The position numbers and the translations under genes were made by a program. Below the pieces are notes generated by a model. It saw nothing but the letters and a program-made list of their open reading frames with translations. It did no database searches and was not told where the DNA came from. A stretch of 64,000 bases of DNA from the human T2T-CHM13v2.0 reference genome, Homo sapiens. This document shows positions 63,104-64,000 of this stretch, one piece after another; position 1 is the first letter of the stretch; every line of letters begins with the position of its first letter. The stretch lies in the NCBI RefSeq assembly GCF_009914755.1, contig NC_060926.1, one strand, 5' to 3'.

Positions 63104-63417
63104 GGGGGCGCTGGCTCACACCTCTAATCCCAGCACTTTGGGAAGCCGAGGTGGGTGAATCACTTGAAGTAAGGAGTTCGAGAACAGCCTGGCCAACATG
63201 GTGAAAACGCATCTCTACTAAAAAGAAAAAAAAAATTTAGTCAGGTGTGGTGATGCATGCCTATAATCCCAGCTACTCAGGAGGCTGAGGCAGATATTGC
63301 TTGAACCTGGGGGTTGGAGGTTGCAGTGAGGTGAGGTCGCACCACTGCACTCCTACCTGGGCAACAGAGCAAGACTTTGTCTCAAAAATAAATAAATAAA
63401 TAAATAAATAAAATAAA
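63104..63417 (+). mobile_element. AluS with (TAAA)n tail
   Basis: Dimer followed by aaataaataa repeats. Confidence 0.9.
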
Positions 63418-63526
63418 TCTAAAAAAGGGCCCTCCTGGACAAAAAGGAGAATTGTTTATTCTTCTTTATAGACAGGACTGAAGGGAAACAACTAGAGTAG
63501 GCATACAACAAAAGGTTTAAAACTGT

Positions 63527-63775
<249 letters not shown>

Positions 63776-64000
63776 TCACTGGGAGGAATCAAGGAAAAAT
63801 ATAGGAGGCTCATAAAAAGAAAAATGCAAAATATTTTATTAGCTTTCTGGCACATAAACAATGAACAGCTTGCCATATTATTTTCATCAGAAATAATCAG
63901 AAGTATTCCATAGGGCTGGTTCCAGAAAGAAAAAAAGGGATGTGTTCAGAAATATTTCATATATAACCCATCATATAATTCTAACAAAATCACTGTACCA

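Overview
AT-rich primate (human-like) genomic DNA from inside the very large LRP1B gene, which lies on the - strand. Six GT-AG coding exons are present: 55603-55803, 50642-50887, 33877-34074, 31557-31761, 15836-16000 and 15327-15571. I recall these as exons 22-27 (numbering from memory). They join in frame and encode the last LDL-A repeats of ligand-binding cluster II, two EGF repeats and a YWTD beta-propeller. Two of them (33877-34074, 15836-16000) are missing from the supplied ORF track. The rest is intron filled with Alu, L1, L2, MIR, hAT DNA transposons, several solo LTRs, a ~6.3 kb MER4-type provirus and microsatellites. A disabled, polyadenylated LRRC57 retrocopy (about 46028-47717, + strand) sits inside an LTR that also carries an MLT2 insertion. 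I found no convincing evidence of a previously undescribed biological system. The best leads are modest: a possibly skippable exon with a U19 acceptor and weak donor, a near-perfect intronic hairpin, the nested insertion stack, a sense-oriented LTR with an intact poly(A) signal, and candidate CTCF, YY1 and E-box sites. Repeat subfamily names come from remembered consensus sequences and need RepeatMasker/Dfam confirmation.
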